From Candidatus Omnitrophota bacterium (GTDB lineage: Bacteria; Omnitrophota; Gorgyraeia; Gygaellales; Profunditerraquicolaceae): 64,000 nt of DNA. The stretch is from the NCBI GenBank assembly GCA_030693145.1, contig JAUYBI010000015.1, forward strand, positions 8,619-72,618, written 5' to 3'. Below the pieces are notes generated by a model. That model was given only the letters and a program-made list of their open reading frames with translations, ran no database searches and was not told where the DNA came from. The position numbers were made by a program, and so were the translations under genes. Position 1 is the first letter of the stretch, and each line of letters opens with the position of its first letter. Of this stretch, positions 1 through 11,207 are shown in pieces.

Positions 1-45
1 GCGGTTTTAGCGTTATTGATTATTTATAATTTATTCGCGAAATAA
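1..45 (+). CDS. atpE: 3' end of probable ATP synthase c subunit (partial)
   Basis: Frame 1 reads AVLALLIIYNLFAK*, a hydrophobic C-terminus resembling c-subunit ends, directly upstream of the b-like gene. Confidence 0.5.
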   Translation, partial: AVLALLIIYNLFAK

Positions 46-103
46 AGAGAAGAATCAAGGGGACGCTTCTATTTTTTCTTCGCGAAGTAAAGAGAAGAAT
101 CAA

Positions 104-137
104 GGGGACGGTTCTCTTAAGTAAGAGAACCGTCCCC
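104..137. repeat. Palindromic element family B (GGGGACGGTTCT...AGAACCGTCCCC). Other copies: 15545-15599, 18359-18413, 19555-19609, 42529-42571, 52766-52799, 61941-61994, variant ~39969-40012, half copies 27064, 33831, 23489, 24206
   Basis: Inverted repeats read directly from the sequence; all full copies are intergenic. Confidence 0.9.
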
Positions 138-180
138 GGGATTTTCGTCCCCGGGATTCCTTGATTAAAGAAGGGAGCGC

Positions 181-900
181 ATGCTTTTAAATTTATTAAT
201 TATTCAGGGGATTACCTTTATCGGAATATTTATCCTTTTACGTTTTCTTTTTTCCCGCCATTTAAATACTGCCTTAAGCAGGTTAAATACCCTGCATGAA
301 GAGAATTTAGCTAAAGAGCAGCAACTCACAGAAGAACTTAAACGCGCCCAAGAAGAAGGGGCTACCGAGATTAAACGCGCCCAAGAAGAAGCCGGCTTAA
401 TTATTGAAGAGGCGCGTAATGATAGCCTCAAGTTACGCCGGAACCTGGAGGATCAGGCTAAAATCCAGGTAACGAAAATTATTGCCGATGGCAATATTGA
501 AGCGGAGAGATTTAAAGAAAAAAGCATAAAAGAGACAGAGGCCCACAGTTTGGATTTAGCCATGAAACTGGTCGAGCAGCTTTTAAGTGAAAAAGAAAAA
601 GAAAATATGCAGCAAGAGTTTATCTCTGAGATAATCTCTGAGATTGCTAAACTCTCTAAAGATCAATTCAGCATGGTTTCGGATCGGGCCAGGGTGAGCT
701 CCAGCCAGAGCTTGAGGAAAGACCAGAAAGAAATCCTGCAGCAGGTTTTAAGAGAAAAAACCGGCAGGGAGATGATTTTTGAGGAGATTTTAAGAGAGGA
801 TCTCATCGGTGGATTAATTGTTGAAATCGGCGGTTTAGTAATTGACGGGACATTAAAAAATAAACTGCTCAGGATTCTCCCCTATTTTAGAAAAAAATAA
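181..900 (+). CDS. atpF: F-type ATPase subunit b fused to a delta/OSCP-like C-terminal domain
   Basis: N-terminal TM helix, long coiled coil, C-terminal LIGGLIVEIGGLVIDGTLKNKL resembling the delta C-terminus. Confidence 0.8.
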   Translation: MLLNLLIIQGITFIGIFILLRFLFSRHLNTALSRLNTLHEENLAKEQQLTEELKRAQEEGATEIKRAQEEAGLIIEEARNDSLKLRRNLEDQAKIQVTKIIADGNIEAERFKEKSIKETEAHSLDLAMKLVEQLLSEKEKENMQQEFISEIISEIAKLSKDQFSMVSDRARVSSSQSLRKDQKEILQQVLREKTGREMIFEEILREDLIGGLIVEIGGLVIDGTLKNKLLRILPYFRKK

Positions 901-901
901 T

Positions 902-2377
902 ATGCAAATTCAAGCTTTAGATATTAAAGAAGTCGGCAGGGTGGAAGAGGTCAGGCAGGGGATTATCAAGATCAGCGGCCTGCCGAGCTGTTCTTATGGG
1001 GAGGTCATTGAGCTAGCTAATGGCTATAAAGGAATGATTATTGAATTTAATCCTACCGGAGCCTACGGAATTGTTTTTGGTGATGAGCAGGGGGTTAGAG
1101 TCGGGGATCTGGTTTCCAGTAAAGGGGAATTATTAAACGTTCCGGTGGGAGAAAATTTTATCGGCCGGGTGGTGGATGCCTTAGGCAAGCCTTTGGACGG
1201 CCGGGAGGAGATTGAACCGGCAGGTTTTAACCCGGCATTCCGGGAAGCGGCCGGGGTTATGGAACGTGAACCGATTAACCAGGCGCTGCATACGGGAATT
1301 AAAATTATTGACCTTTTAATTCCTTTAGGCAAAGGGCAGCGTGAGTTAATCGTCGGTGACCGGCAGATCGGCAAGACCAGCGTGGGCCTGGATACGATTA
1401 TTAATCAAGTTGGGAAAAATATTATTTGTATCTATTGCTGGATTGGAGGCAATAACGCCGCTTTTAATAAAATTATCCAACAGTTAAAACAAAAAGGTTT
1501 GATGGATTATATCCTGGCGGTTTCCGCTCCTGCCGGAAGTTCTGCCGCCGAGCAGTACCTTTGCCCTTATACCGCCGCTTCTTTAGGTGAATATTTTATG
1601 TATAAAGGTAAAGATGTTTTAGTGGTTTTCGATGATCTGACCAAACACAGCTGGGTTTATCGGCAGATGTCCCTTTTATTAGAGCACGCGCCCGGGCGCG
1701 AAGCGTATCCCGGAGATATTTTCTTTTTGCATTCCCAGCTGATGGAGCGGGCCGGCCGCCTAAAAACTAAATTTGGCGGCGGGTCAATGACCTTTCTGCC
1801 TCTAGCGGAAACCTTACAAGGGGATATTACCGGTTATATTTGCTCCAATATTGTTTCGATGACCGATGGACAGATTTATTTAAATACCAGTCTTTTTCAG
1901 GAAGGGTTTAAGCCGGGAATTGATTTAGAGTTATCGGTTTCACGTATTGGCAGTAAGGTGCAATGTCCGGCGATTAAAGAATTAAGCAAGGGGCTGCGTT
2001 ATGAGTATGTGCAGTTCCGTTCTTTATTGCGCTTAACGCGCTTAAGAACCAAGCTTTCTCCGGAGGCTGCCGCTCAACTACAGCGCGGACGGACTCTTTA
2101 TGAAATTTTAACGCAGGAAAATAATGCTCCGGTTACTCAGGCCGAAGAGATTGCCCTCTTCTATGCTTTTCAGAAAAGGATTTTAGAAGCCTTGGATATC
2201 GCTCAAGTAAAAATATTTAAGCATGAATTTTTTAATCATTTAAAAAAACATAATCAAAGCTTAATTGAGGATTTAGATAGCCGGGGGGAGTTAACCGAAG
2301 AAATTAAGCTGCAGTTAGATAAAGTGATTAAAGAGTTCTTCAGGACCCTTATGCCGGGTGCTAATGAGCCAAAGTAG
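902..2377 (+). CDS. atpA: F1 ATPase alpha subunit (divergent)
   Basis: GKGQRELIVGDRQIGKT, PGREAYPGDIFFLHSQLMERAG, SVSRIG. Confidence 0.95.
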   Translation: MQIQALDIKEVGRVEEVRQGIIKISGLPSCSYGEVIELANGYKGMIIEFNPTGAYGIVFGDEQGVRVGDLVSSKGELLNVPVGENFIGRVVDALGKPLDGREEIEPAGFNPAFREAAGVMEREPINQALHTGIKIIDLLIPLGKGQRELIVGDRQIGKTSVGLDTIINQVGKNIICIYCWIGGNNAAFNKIIQQLKQKGLMDYILAVSAPAGSSAAEQYLCPYTAASLGEYFMYKGKDVLVVFDDLTKHSWVYRQMSLLLEHAPGREAYPGDIFFLHSQLMERAGRLKTKFGGGSMTFLPLAETLQGDITGYICSNIVSMTDGQIYLNTSLFQEGFKPGIDLELSVSRIGSKVQCPAIKELSKGLRYEYVQFRSLLRLTRLRTKLSPEAAAQLQRGRTLYEILTQENNAPVTQAEEIALFYAFQKRILEALDIAQVKIFKHEFFNHLKKHNQSLIEDLDSRGELTEEIKLQLDKVIKEFFRTLMPGANEPK

Positions 2378-2399
2378 GGGAGGTTTAAACCTCCCCTAC
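2374..2399. repeat. GTAG-type REP family A, 26-bp palindrome GTAGGG(GA/TG/CA)GGTTTAAACC(TC/CA/TG)CCCTAC. About 22 copies: 2374, 2449, 4779, 6469, 9738, 9806, 12112 (partial), 12143, 14220, 16843 (partial), 18686, 33781, 37496, 40475, 40528, 42418, 45151, 46790, 58309, 60361, 60402, 61463 (interrupted), 61524
   Basis: Near-identical palindromes starting GTAG, with compensatory arm variants and a GTTTAAAC centre; intergenic. Confidence 0.95.
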
Positions 2400-2490
2400 A
2401 GATGTGGATAACTAATGAGCCAAAGTAGGGGGAGAAGTGTCAATTACAGTAGGGTGGGTTTAAACCCACCCTACTATTGGAAGGACAGTA

Positions 2491-3330
2491 ATGATTCCGA
2501 TTGGGAAGTTAAAGCAGAACCTGCTCTTTAATAAGAATCTCGGGGATTTAATTGAGGTTATGAAGATGGCGGCTACCTTGCAGTTTAATCAGTTCCGCGC
2601 GCATCAGGAGCCCGCGGAAAACTTTTATACTTTACTGAATTCCGCCTATAGCGCATTGCCGCTGGATGAGTCGACGCATAGTTTTTTTAATCCGCCGCCA
2701 AATCTGCCGGGTTTGACTGTTTTGATTAGTTCCGACGGAGGATTTTTAGGGGAACTCAATATTCTTTTAGTCAACCGACTCCTGGATACCAAGCGCCCGC
2801 AGGATGAAATTGTCGTTTTAGGCCAGCAGGGGATCAGTTATCTTAATGAAGCCAAAATTAGTTTTATTAGTTTTGAATCTCCGGGGGATAAGTTAGATAC
2901 CCAGAAAATTGGCCTGCTGAGGGATTATCTGGCGAAACGTTATTTTAAACAACAGATCAGCGGGGTAACTGTAATTTATTCTAAGTTTATTAATATTACT
3001 ACTCAGCAGGTAGAAGTGGAGAACCTTTTGCCTTTAGAGCACAAAGAAAATGTTGTGCGTAAAGGCAAGGAGGTTCTGGTTGAGCCGGATATTAAATCCG
3101 TCCTGGAGGGATGGATTAAATTATGGCTGGATTTTCGTTTTTATCATATTTTCTGGTCAAGTAAACTGGCAGAGCATGCTGCCCGGATTATGCATCTGGA
3201 AGGAAGCTCGCAGGAGTTGACTAAGATTAATCAGCATTTGCATATGGAGTATTTTAAATATTTGCACGGGCTTTCGGATAAGTCGATTCGTGAGCTTTCC
3301 GCGGCGCGCCTGATGAGAAGGAATAATTAG
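2491..3330 (+). CDS. atpG: F1 ATPase gamma subunit (divergent)
   Basis: MKMAA N-terminal helix, ISSDGGFLGELN, SSKLAEHAARIMHLE; lies between alpha and beta. Confidence 0.85.
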   Translation: MIPIGKLKQNLLFNKNLGDLIEVMKMAATLQFNQFRAHQEPAENFYTLLNSAYSALPLDESTHSFFNPPPNLPGLTVLISSDGGFLGELNILLVNRLLDTKRPQDEIVVLGQQGISYLNEAKISFISFESPGDKLDTQKIGLLRDYLAKRYFKQQISGVTVIYSKFINITTQQVEVENLLPLEHKENVVRKGKEVLVEPDIKSVLEGWIKLWLDFRFYHIFWSSKLAEHAARIMHLEGSSQELTKINQHLHMEYFKYLHGLSDKSIRELSAARLMRRNN

Positions 3331-3342
3331 GGATGTAAATAA

Positions 3343-4743
<1,401 letters not shown>

Positions 4744-4820
4744 TATTGACAAAATTACTTGGAGAGTTATCAACAATAGTAGGGGAGGTTTAAACCTCCC
4801 CTACTCTATCCGGAGATCAT

Positions 4821-6440
4821 ATGATATTGACAAAATTACTCGGTGAGTTATTAGTTAAAAAGAATATGGTTACACAGCAACAGGTTAATGAGGCATTGAA
4901 AGAATCCGGGGATAATGGGGATATGTTGGGCAAGATTTTAGTCAACCGGGGGTTAATTAAAGAAATCGACCTTTTAAAAGTGCTTGCTGAACAGTTTAAC
5001 TTACCTTTCCATTTGCATTTAAAAGAAGTGCATATATCTACTGATGCAATTAAAGCCGTGCCGGCGAAATTCGTCCAGCATTACGGTTTTATGCCGATTA
5101 GCCTGGAGGGGTCGGTTTTAACGGTGGCGGTATATAATCCCATGGATATCTGGCTGGCGGAAAATATCAAATTGAACTTAGGGTTTGCCGTAAAAAAAGT
5201 TTTAGCCACGCGGCGCGAGGTGGAGATAGCCATACATAAATATTATGGCGCAGTGGCCGGGACAGTGGATAAGATTATGGAAGGCAAGGTGAGCGCGGGG
5301 ACGAAATTGATTAAGGATGAGAGCGTGGAAGATATTGAAAAAAACGCCGATGAAGCATCGGTAATTAAGCTCGTTAATCAGATCATCACCGAGGCGATTA
5401 AGATGCAGGCCACGGATATCCACATTGAGATTTATGTGGATAAAGTAGTTTTGCGTTACCGGATTGACGGAGTTTTGCGGGAAATGAAGATGCCCCAGGA
5501 TGCTTATTATATTGAGCCGGCGATTGTTTCGCGGATTAAAATTATGTGCCATTTAGATGTGGTGGAGCACCGCGTTCCGCAGGACGGCCGGGCTAAGGTC
5601 CGGCTCCTGGACGGCCAAGAAGTGGATTTAAGGGTTTCTATTCTGCAGGGTTATTTTGGAGAGAATGTCGTTATCCGGATTTTACCTTCCCATGTACTTT
5701 TAGATTTAGATAAAATCGGATTCCTGCCGCAAGATTTAGATACAATTAATAAGCTTATCCAAAAACCGAACGGGATTATTTTAATTACCGGCCCCACCGG
5801 AAGCGGCAAGACGACTACGCTTTATACCTGTTTGACCCGCCTGAACCGTAAAGAGGTAAAGATCATCAGTATTGAGGACCCGGTAGAATACGCGATCGAA
5901 GGCATCACCCAGATTCATGTCAATCCTAAAGTGGGGCTGACCTTTGCCAGCGCCTTAAGAAGCGTCTTAAGGCATGACCCGGATATTATGATGATTGGCG
6001 AGATTCGCGATTCGGAGACAGCCGACCTGGCCATCCGCTCATCGCTTACCGGGCATTTGGTTTTTTCTACTTTGCACACTAATGATTCTGCTACCGGTAT
6101 CGCCCGGCTGATGGACATGGGGATCCAGCCTTATTTATTAGCTTCTTCGGTAGAGGCAATTATCGCTCAGCGTTTAGTGCGTTTACTTTGCCTGCAATGC
6201 AGAGGCAAAGGATGTGAAGCTTGCAGTGAAACAGGATTTAAGGGCCGCCGGGCAATTTATGAGATTATGACAATTGATGATGATATACGGAATTTAATTA
6301 TTGAACATAAGAGCGCGCAGGAGATTAAAGCTAAGGCCCGCGAAAAAGGTATGCGCACGCTGATGGAAAACGGAATGCTTTTGGTGGAACAGGGATTAAC
6401 GAGCAAGGAAGAAATTTTACGCGTAGTGGAATTGGAGTGA
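4821..6440 (+). CDS. gspE: T2SS/T4P assembly ATPase GspE/PilB with N-terminal MshEN-like domain
   Basis: GPTGSGKTT, IEDPVEY, LRHDPDIMMIGEIRD, GHLVFSTLHTND, CxxC...CxxC. Confidence 0.92.
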   Translation: MILTKLLGELLVKKNMVTQQQVNEALKESGDNGDMLGKILVNRGLIKEIDLLKVLAEQFNLPFHLHLKEVHISTDAIKAVPAKFVQHYGFMPISLEGSVLTVAVYNPMDIWLAENIKLNLGFAVKKVLATRREVEIAIHKYYGAVAGTVDKIMEGKVSAGTKLIKDESVEDIEKNADEASVIKLVNQIITEAIKMQATDIHIEIYVDKVVLRYRIDGVLREMKMPQDAYYIEPAIVSRIKIMCHLDVVEHRVPQDGRAKVRLLDGQEVDLRVSILQGYFGENVVIRILPSHVLLDLDKIGFLPQDLDTINKLIQKPNGIILITGPTGSGKTTTLYTCLTRLNRKEVKIISIEDPVEYAIEGITQIHVNPKVGLTFASALRSVLRHDPDIMMIGEIRDSETADLAIRSSLTGHLVFSTLHTNDSATGIARLMDMGIQPYLLASSVEAIIAQRLVRLLCLQCRGKGCEACSETGFKGRRAIYEIMTIDDDIRNLIIEHKSAQEIKAKAREKGMRTLMENGMLLVEQGLTSKEEILRVVELE

Positions 6441-6522
6441 TATTCGTCATTGCGGGGAGCAAAGTAGAGTAGAGGAGGTTTAAACCTCCCCTACAGATGT
6501 GGATAACTCGGGGAAAATAAAA

Positions 6523-7746
6523 ATGCAATTTAAATATAAAGCCAAAAAGAACTTAAATGAGATGGTCGAGGGCAATATCGAAGGAATCAGCGTCAAAGGA
6601 GTGCTCGAGGATCTTCAGGAGCAAGGCCTGGTGCCGATTTGTGTTGAGCCATTGGCGATACCCGCGGCTTCGGAAACGCTGAACTTAAAAAGCAAAGCGA
6701 AATTAAAAACCGGAAAATATGGCTTAAAACAGTTAGTTTTATTCACGCAAAAACTCTATAATTTAATTAATTCCCGGGTAGAGTTATTAAGCGCCTTAAG
6801 GCTGCTGGAAAAGAATTCTGATAATCAGACGGAGAAAACATTGCTCGCAGAGATTATCCGGAATATCAAAGACGGCGTCCCGTTTTCCGCGTGTTTGGCC
6901 CGTTATCCGCAATACTTTCCCCGGCTTTATATTAATATCGTGCACACCGGGGAGTCAACCGGAAAGCTTAAAGATGCCTTAATGCAGCTTTTAGAGCATT
7001 TACGCCGGCTCCAGGATTTAAAGTTAAAAGTTAAGCAAGCCCTGGCTTATCCGATATTTATGAGCCTGGTCGGCGTAGGCACAATTTTTGTGATGCTTAC
7101 TTTTGTCCTTCCGCGCCTAGCCGGAATGTTTGATGATTTCCAGGCCAAGCTTCCTTTACCGACACTAATCCTGCTGAAGATCTCTAATTTTTTACAAAGT
7201 TATTGGTGGGGGATAATTATTTTAATGGCGTTGGTTGTTTTTGCCTTAAAGCTAAAGCCCGCGGGCAAAGAAAGCATTTTTAACCGGTTAAAATATTATA
7301 TTCCGGTGGTTAAAGAGATTGTTTATAAACAGTCAGTGGCTAATTTTTCGCAGAGTTTATCTTTACTTTTAAAAAGCGGAGTAAATCTACTTTCCGCGTT
7401 AGCCGATGCCGGCCCGATAATCGGAAATCCGGTTTATATCTTACAATTAGAACAGGTACGCAAAGATATTGGGGAAGGGGTTCCTTTTTCCGCTGCCCTG
7501 GAAAAATTTAAAATCTTCTCGGATTTTTTTGTGCAGATGATTCGTGTCGGTGAAGAAGGGGGAAGGCTGGATAGCGTGCTTGCGGATATCGCCGAGTCTT
7601 ATGAGAAAGAGATAGAGGCAGATTTAAAAATCGTCAGTTCTCTTATCGAGCCGGCAATAATTTTAGTTCTGGGTTTAGTGATTGGGGCAATGGTGATTGC
7701 CATGCTTTTGCCGATATTTAATATGAATAGTATTGTTGGTGGTTGA
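6523..7746 (+). CDS. gspF: T2SS/T4P inner-membrane platform GspF/PilC
   Basis: GESTGKL, ALAYP, GEEGGRL, LIEPAII...MLLPIF; ATG at 6523 preferred over the REP-derived start. Confidence 0.92.
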   Translation: MQFKYKAKKNLNEMVEGNIEGISVKGVLEDLQEQGLVPICVEPLAIPAASETLNLKSKAKLKTGKYGLKQLVLFTQKLYNLINSRVELLSALRLLEKNSDNQTEKTLLAEIIRNIKDGVPFSACLARYPQYFPRLYINIVHTGESTGKLKDALMQLLEHLRRLQDLKLKVKQALAYPIFMSLVGVGTIFVMLTFVLPRLAGMFDDFQAKLPLPTLILLKISNFLQSYWWGIIILMALVVFALKLKPAGKESIFNRLKYYIPVVKEIVYKQSVANFSQSLSLLLKSGVNLLSALADAGPIIGNPVYILQLEQVRKDIGEGVPFSAALEKFKIFSDFFVQMIRVGEEGGRLDSVLADIAESYEKEIEADLKIVSSLIEPAIILVLGLVIGAMVIAMLLPIFNMNSIVGG

Positions 7747-7757
7747 TTATTCTTTTC

Positions 7758-7806
7758 GTCATTCCCGCGTAAGCGGGAATCTGATCCCCGCTTTCGCGGG
7801 GATGAC
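7758..7806. repeat. GTCATTCCCGCG...GCGGGAATC / CCCCGC...GCGGGGATGAC palindromic element (dRS3/RPE-like)
   Basis: Two nested hairpins with GTCAT...ATGAC ends; possible terminator role. Confidence 0.75.
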
Positions 7807-7833
7807 AATTTTGCTGTCTCTATTTAACTAATT

Positions 7834-9207
7834 ATGAGAACGAAAGTAATCGTTGAGCTCGTAGAATCATGCCTGAAAGTCTGCATTGGCCGCAAGATCG
7901 CGGTTGAATTTCTATCTAATACTGAACCTGCCTTTATTTCCGCGGCCTTAAGCAAGATATTAAAACAAAACAGATGCGGCAAGGATTTTGATGTTTTTGT
8001 AGTGTTTAACCGCAATAAAATAACCGTGCGCCGCGTAGAACTGCCTTCGCAAGACCCCAAGGAAATCGAACAGATGCTGGGCTTGTATCTTATGCGCCAG
8101 ATACCTTATCAGAAAGAGGAGGTTTGCTGGTCATACCAGAATTTAGGGTTTGATGGCATAAGTAACAGCCATCTGATCTTAGCCGTGGTTTTAAAAAATG
8201 TTTTCAAGAACATTGTCAGTTCTTTTGTTCCGGTAAATATTCTTCCCGAAGCTATTTTAATGAGCTCTCAGGGGTTGATCTATTATGTAGTTGATGCCTG
8301 CAGAAATAAAATTGATTTGCCAAATTCGTATATGATTTTAGATATTGATACAAATTACAGCGATTTGGTTTTGGTGTATAATCAAAAATTGGGCTCTAGC
8401 GTCGTAATCCCCCAAGGCGCTGAGCAGCTGCAGGACCCTTTGGAAAAAGAAAAATTTGCCGCGGAATTTAAGCAGGCCCTGGGGGCTTTAAATAATGAGA
8501 TACCGGATGCCCGTTGTGAGAAAATATTTTTAACCGGCTCAGCGAGTTCTTTAGTATTGTTTGTGGAAAATATTTCAGCCCAGGATTTTAATTTGAAGGC
8601 CCAGTATCTTTCTTTTAAGGAATATGATAATTTCCTGGCCCATAGCTTAAAAGACATTTCTTTATCCGCGATATTGGGTTTTAGCACCCAGGTGGCCAAG
8701 GATGACCTTAAATTTATTCTTCCGGAAATCCAGATCAAGAAGGAGATGAAGCTTAAGTTAAAGCAATTAATGATCTTGGGAGTGAGCCTGATCTATATTT
8801 TAATTATGTTGGGCGGGATTGCCCTAGTCCGGCTGGCTCAGCGGCAAGCATATGCTTTGAATTTAAAAAATAGGGTTGCATCTTTAGGCAAGGATGTCAA
8901 AGAGCTGGAGGATATTACCAGTAAGTTAAAGATTGCCCGGCAATACGCGGATGCTAAATCCTCGGCGTTAACTTATCTTAACGGTTTGAACCGCTTGTGC
9001 CCGGATAATATTATTATTACCAATTATAATTGGGAATTAGGCAAGCCGTTTACCATTAGAGGTTATGCCCAGGCAATTCCGGATATTTTAGATTTTACCA
9101 ATACCCTGGGAAATACGGAAACCTTTAAAGGCGCGCAGAACCGTTATACGCGTAGAAGGAAATTAAAAGACAAAGATGTGATCGATTTTGAGATTTTTGT
9201 AAAATGA
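7834..9207 (+). CDS. PilM/GspL-like actin-fold domain fused to a PilN-like TM + periplasmic domain
   Basis: VRRVELP, ILDIDTNYSDL, IFLTGS, a TM helix near residue 315, then FTIRGYA; operon position. Confidence 0.7.
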   Translation: MRTKVIVELVESCLKVCIGRKIAVEFLSNTEPAFISAALSKILKQNRCGKDFDVFVVFNRNKITVRRVELPSQDPKEIEQMLGLYLMRQIPYQKEEVCWSYQNLGFDGISNSHLILAVVLKNVFKNIVSSFVPVNILPEAILMSSQGLIYYVVDACRNKIDLPNSYMILDIDTNYSDLVLVYNQKLGSSVVIPQGAEQLQDPLEKEKFAAEFKQALGALNNEIPDARCEKIFLTGSASSLVLFVENISAQDFNLKAQYLSFKEYDNFLAHSLKDISLSAILGFSTQVAKDDLKFILPEIQIKKEMKLKLKQLMILGVSLIYILIMLGGIALVRLAQRQAYALNLKNRVASLGKDVKELEDITSKLKIARQYADAKSSALTYLNGLNRLCPDNIIITNYNWELGKPFTIRGYAQAIPDILDFTNTLGNTETFKGAQNRYTRRRKLKDKDVIDFEIFVK

Positions 9208-9734
9208 GAAAATTAAATAACAAGGAAAAAATATTAGCAGCTGCGATCGGGGCCCTGTTGATTTTGCTGGCGCTTAAGGTTTTTGTTTTGGGCCCGATTT
9301 ATGATAAGACGGGTATTTATTCCAGCGAGATTGAACAGGCCAAAGTAACGATCCGCAAATATACGGCCTTAGAGCATAACCGCATGGAGATCCTCAAGGC
9401 CCAAAAACAGATTGAAGGGTATTCCAGCCTCAAGGGCTCGGATGAAGATAAGTCCGCGATGGTGATGAGCAAACTGGAAGCCGAGGCCAGAAGGTCTAAG
9501 CTGCAGATATTGGATATGAACTCCACCGGGGTGACTAAGGTTAAAGGCGGGGTAACTCTTTACCGGGTTAATTTAAGTGCTGAGGGCCAGTTAAAAGATT
9601 TTCTGGATTTTATTTCCGGGATTGAGGGGGCAAATATCCTGTTGCAGGTGGAGAAGATTACTTTAGCGGTTAAGGGTGAAAATACCGGATTATTAAAAAT
9701 TGATGTGGTGATTTTAGGAGTCGCTTTTGCTTAA
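9204..9734 (+). CDS. PilO/GspM-like protein
   Basis: LNNKEK + TM helix, coiled coil, ferredoxin-like C-terminus (EGQLKDFLDFISGIE). Confidence 0.7.
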   Translation: MRKLNNKEKILAAAIGALLILLALKVFVLGPIYDKTGIYSSEIEQAKVTIRKYTALEHNRMEILKAQKQIEGYSSLKGSDEDKSAMVMSKLEAEARRSKLQILDMNSTGVTKVKGGVTLYRVNLSAEGQLKDFLDFISGIEGANILLQVEKITLAVKGENTGLLKIDVVILGVAFA

Positions 9735-9859
9735 TAAGCAGGGGAGGTTGAAACCTCCCCTACAGCTGTTAATAATCAACTATGGAGGATACTTTTGCTT
9801 AATGAGTAGGGGAGGTTTAAACCTCCCCTACAGCTGTTGATAATCAACTAGGGAGGATA
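9724..9859 (+). repeat. 68-bp tandem duplication containing the pilO-like stop, a REP and the RBS of gspG
   Basis: Units 9724-9791 and 9792-9859 differ at about 5 positions. Confidence 0.9.
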
Positions 9860-9861
9860 CA

Positions 9862-10260
9862 ATGAAGCGAGGTTTTACTTTAATTGAGCTGATGCTCGTG
9901 GTTATTATTATCGGCGTTTTATCGGCGATGGTTGTGCCGCGGCTTGCCGGAAGGAGCGAGCAGGCGCGTATACAAGCGGCAAAAACGGATATTAATTCCA
10001 GTATCCCGCTGGCGCTTGACCTCTATGAAATGGATACGGGCCATTATCCGGAGCTGCTGGATTACCTCAGGATTAATTCGGGGTTAGGCGCGGAAAGCTG
10101 GCGCGGGCCATATTTGAAGAAAAAACCCATGGATCCCTGGAATAAGCCGTATAGCTATAAATCCCCGGGTGAACATAATCAGGATGGTTATGATCTTTTT
10201 TCTTCCGGCAGTGATGGGCAGCCGGGGACAACGGATGATATTGTAAACTGGGGTGAGTAA
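9862..10260 (+). CDS. gspG: T2SS major pseudopilin
   Basis: GFTLIELM prepilin motif, WRGPYL, DPW, YDLFSSGSDGQPGTTDDIVNW. Confidence 0.9.
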   Translation: MKRGFTLIELMLVVIIIGVLSAMVVPRLAGRSEQARIQAAKTDINSSIPLALDLYEMDTGHYPELLDYLRINSGLGAESWRGPYLKKKPMDPWNKPYSYKSPGEHNQDGYDLFSSGSDGQPGTTDDIVNWGE

Positions 10261-10645
10261 GTTGAAGGGGTTTACATTAGTGGAGATAATGATCAGCGTG
10301 CTTATACTGGGAGTGGGTTTGACCCTGGTGGCCAATTCTTATCTTGTCGCTTTAAAAGGGGTAAATGCCGTTGCCAGTAATCTTGAAGCCTTGAATTTGG
10401 CTAAAGAGAAACTGGAGGCGCTGGAGGTTTTAAGTTTAAAAGACGGTTTGCTTGCTTCTAATACCAGTGAGGCCATAAAAACTCCTGCCAAGAATTATAA
10501 TTTTACGCAGGCAGTCGTGGAGATAACCCAGCCAAAAGTTTTGGCTGAGCACCTCGTGCAGGCCTGCTTAACGCTCAACTGGCAGGAACAAAATTCCGTA
10601 AAAAATGTTACCATTTCTACGTATCTATCCAAGCAAAAAAAATAA
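10253..10645 (+). CDS. Minor pseudopilin (GspI/PilV-like)
   Basis: KGFTLVEIM N-methylation motif. Confidence 0.75.
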   Translation: MSKLKGFTLVEIMISVLILGVGLTLVANSYLVALKGVNAVASNLEALNLAKEKLEALEVLSLKDGLLASNTSEAIKTPAKNYNFTQAVVEITQPKVLAEHLVQACLTLNWQEQNSVKNVTISTYLSKQKK

Positions 10646-11207
10646 ATTAAACTCAGGCGCTTTTACTTTGGTTGAGCTGCTGATCGCTGTTTCTATCTTC
10701 TCTGTCGTCAGTATTGCCATTTATTCGACTTTTAGTTCAGGGGCCGCTATTTTGCGCCGGGTAAAAAATATTGACCTTGCCCAACAAAGGATTTTACTCA
10801 AAACTGAAAGATTTTCCCGCGAGTTAAGGGAACAGGCCGTTTATAAAAAAAAGTTATTTTCAGGAACCAAAACAAAAATTATTTTTCCGGGAAATTCTGA
10901 TTATCTTCCCTGCCGGATAACTTATTATTATGACCCCTCCTCTTTTTGCCTGATGCGCGTCGTGGACAAACTAAGCGCAATCATCACCCCGGAGGGGAAA
11001 GTGGATGCGGAATTAAAATCAAAGCCGCAGGTTTTTTTATCCTCAATTAAAGAAGCAAATTTTTCCTATCTCTTTCTGGATTTAAAGAAGAATGTATATA
11101 GCTGGACAGAGGAATGGCGGCAAGATTATCTTCCTCTGGCGGTTAAGCTCACTATTATTAGCGAAAATTATGAACATGCCTCGACAATATTTTTACCCAC
11201 AGCATAA
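10605..11207 (+). CDS. Minor pseudopilin (GspJ-like); start uncertain
   Basis: AFTLVELLIA; C-terminal W...LPLAVKLTI typical of GspJ. Confidence 0.75.
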   Translation: MLPFLRIYPSKKNKLNSGAFTLVELLIAVSIFSVVSIAIYSTFSSGAAILRRVKNIDLAQQRILLKTERFSRELREQAVYKKKLFSGTKTKIIFPGNSDYLPCRITYYYDPSSFCLMRVVDKLSAIITPEGKVDAELKSKPQVFLSSIKEANFSYLFLDLKKNVYSWTEEWRQDYLPLAVKLTIISENYEHASTIFLPTA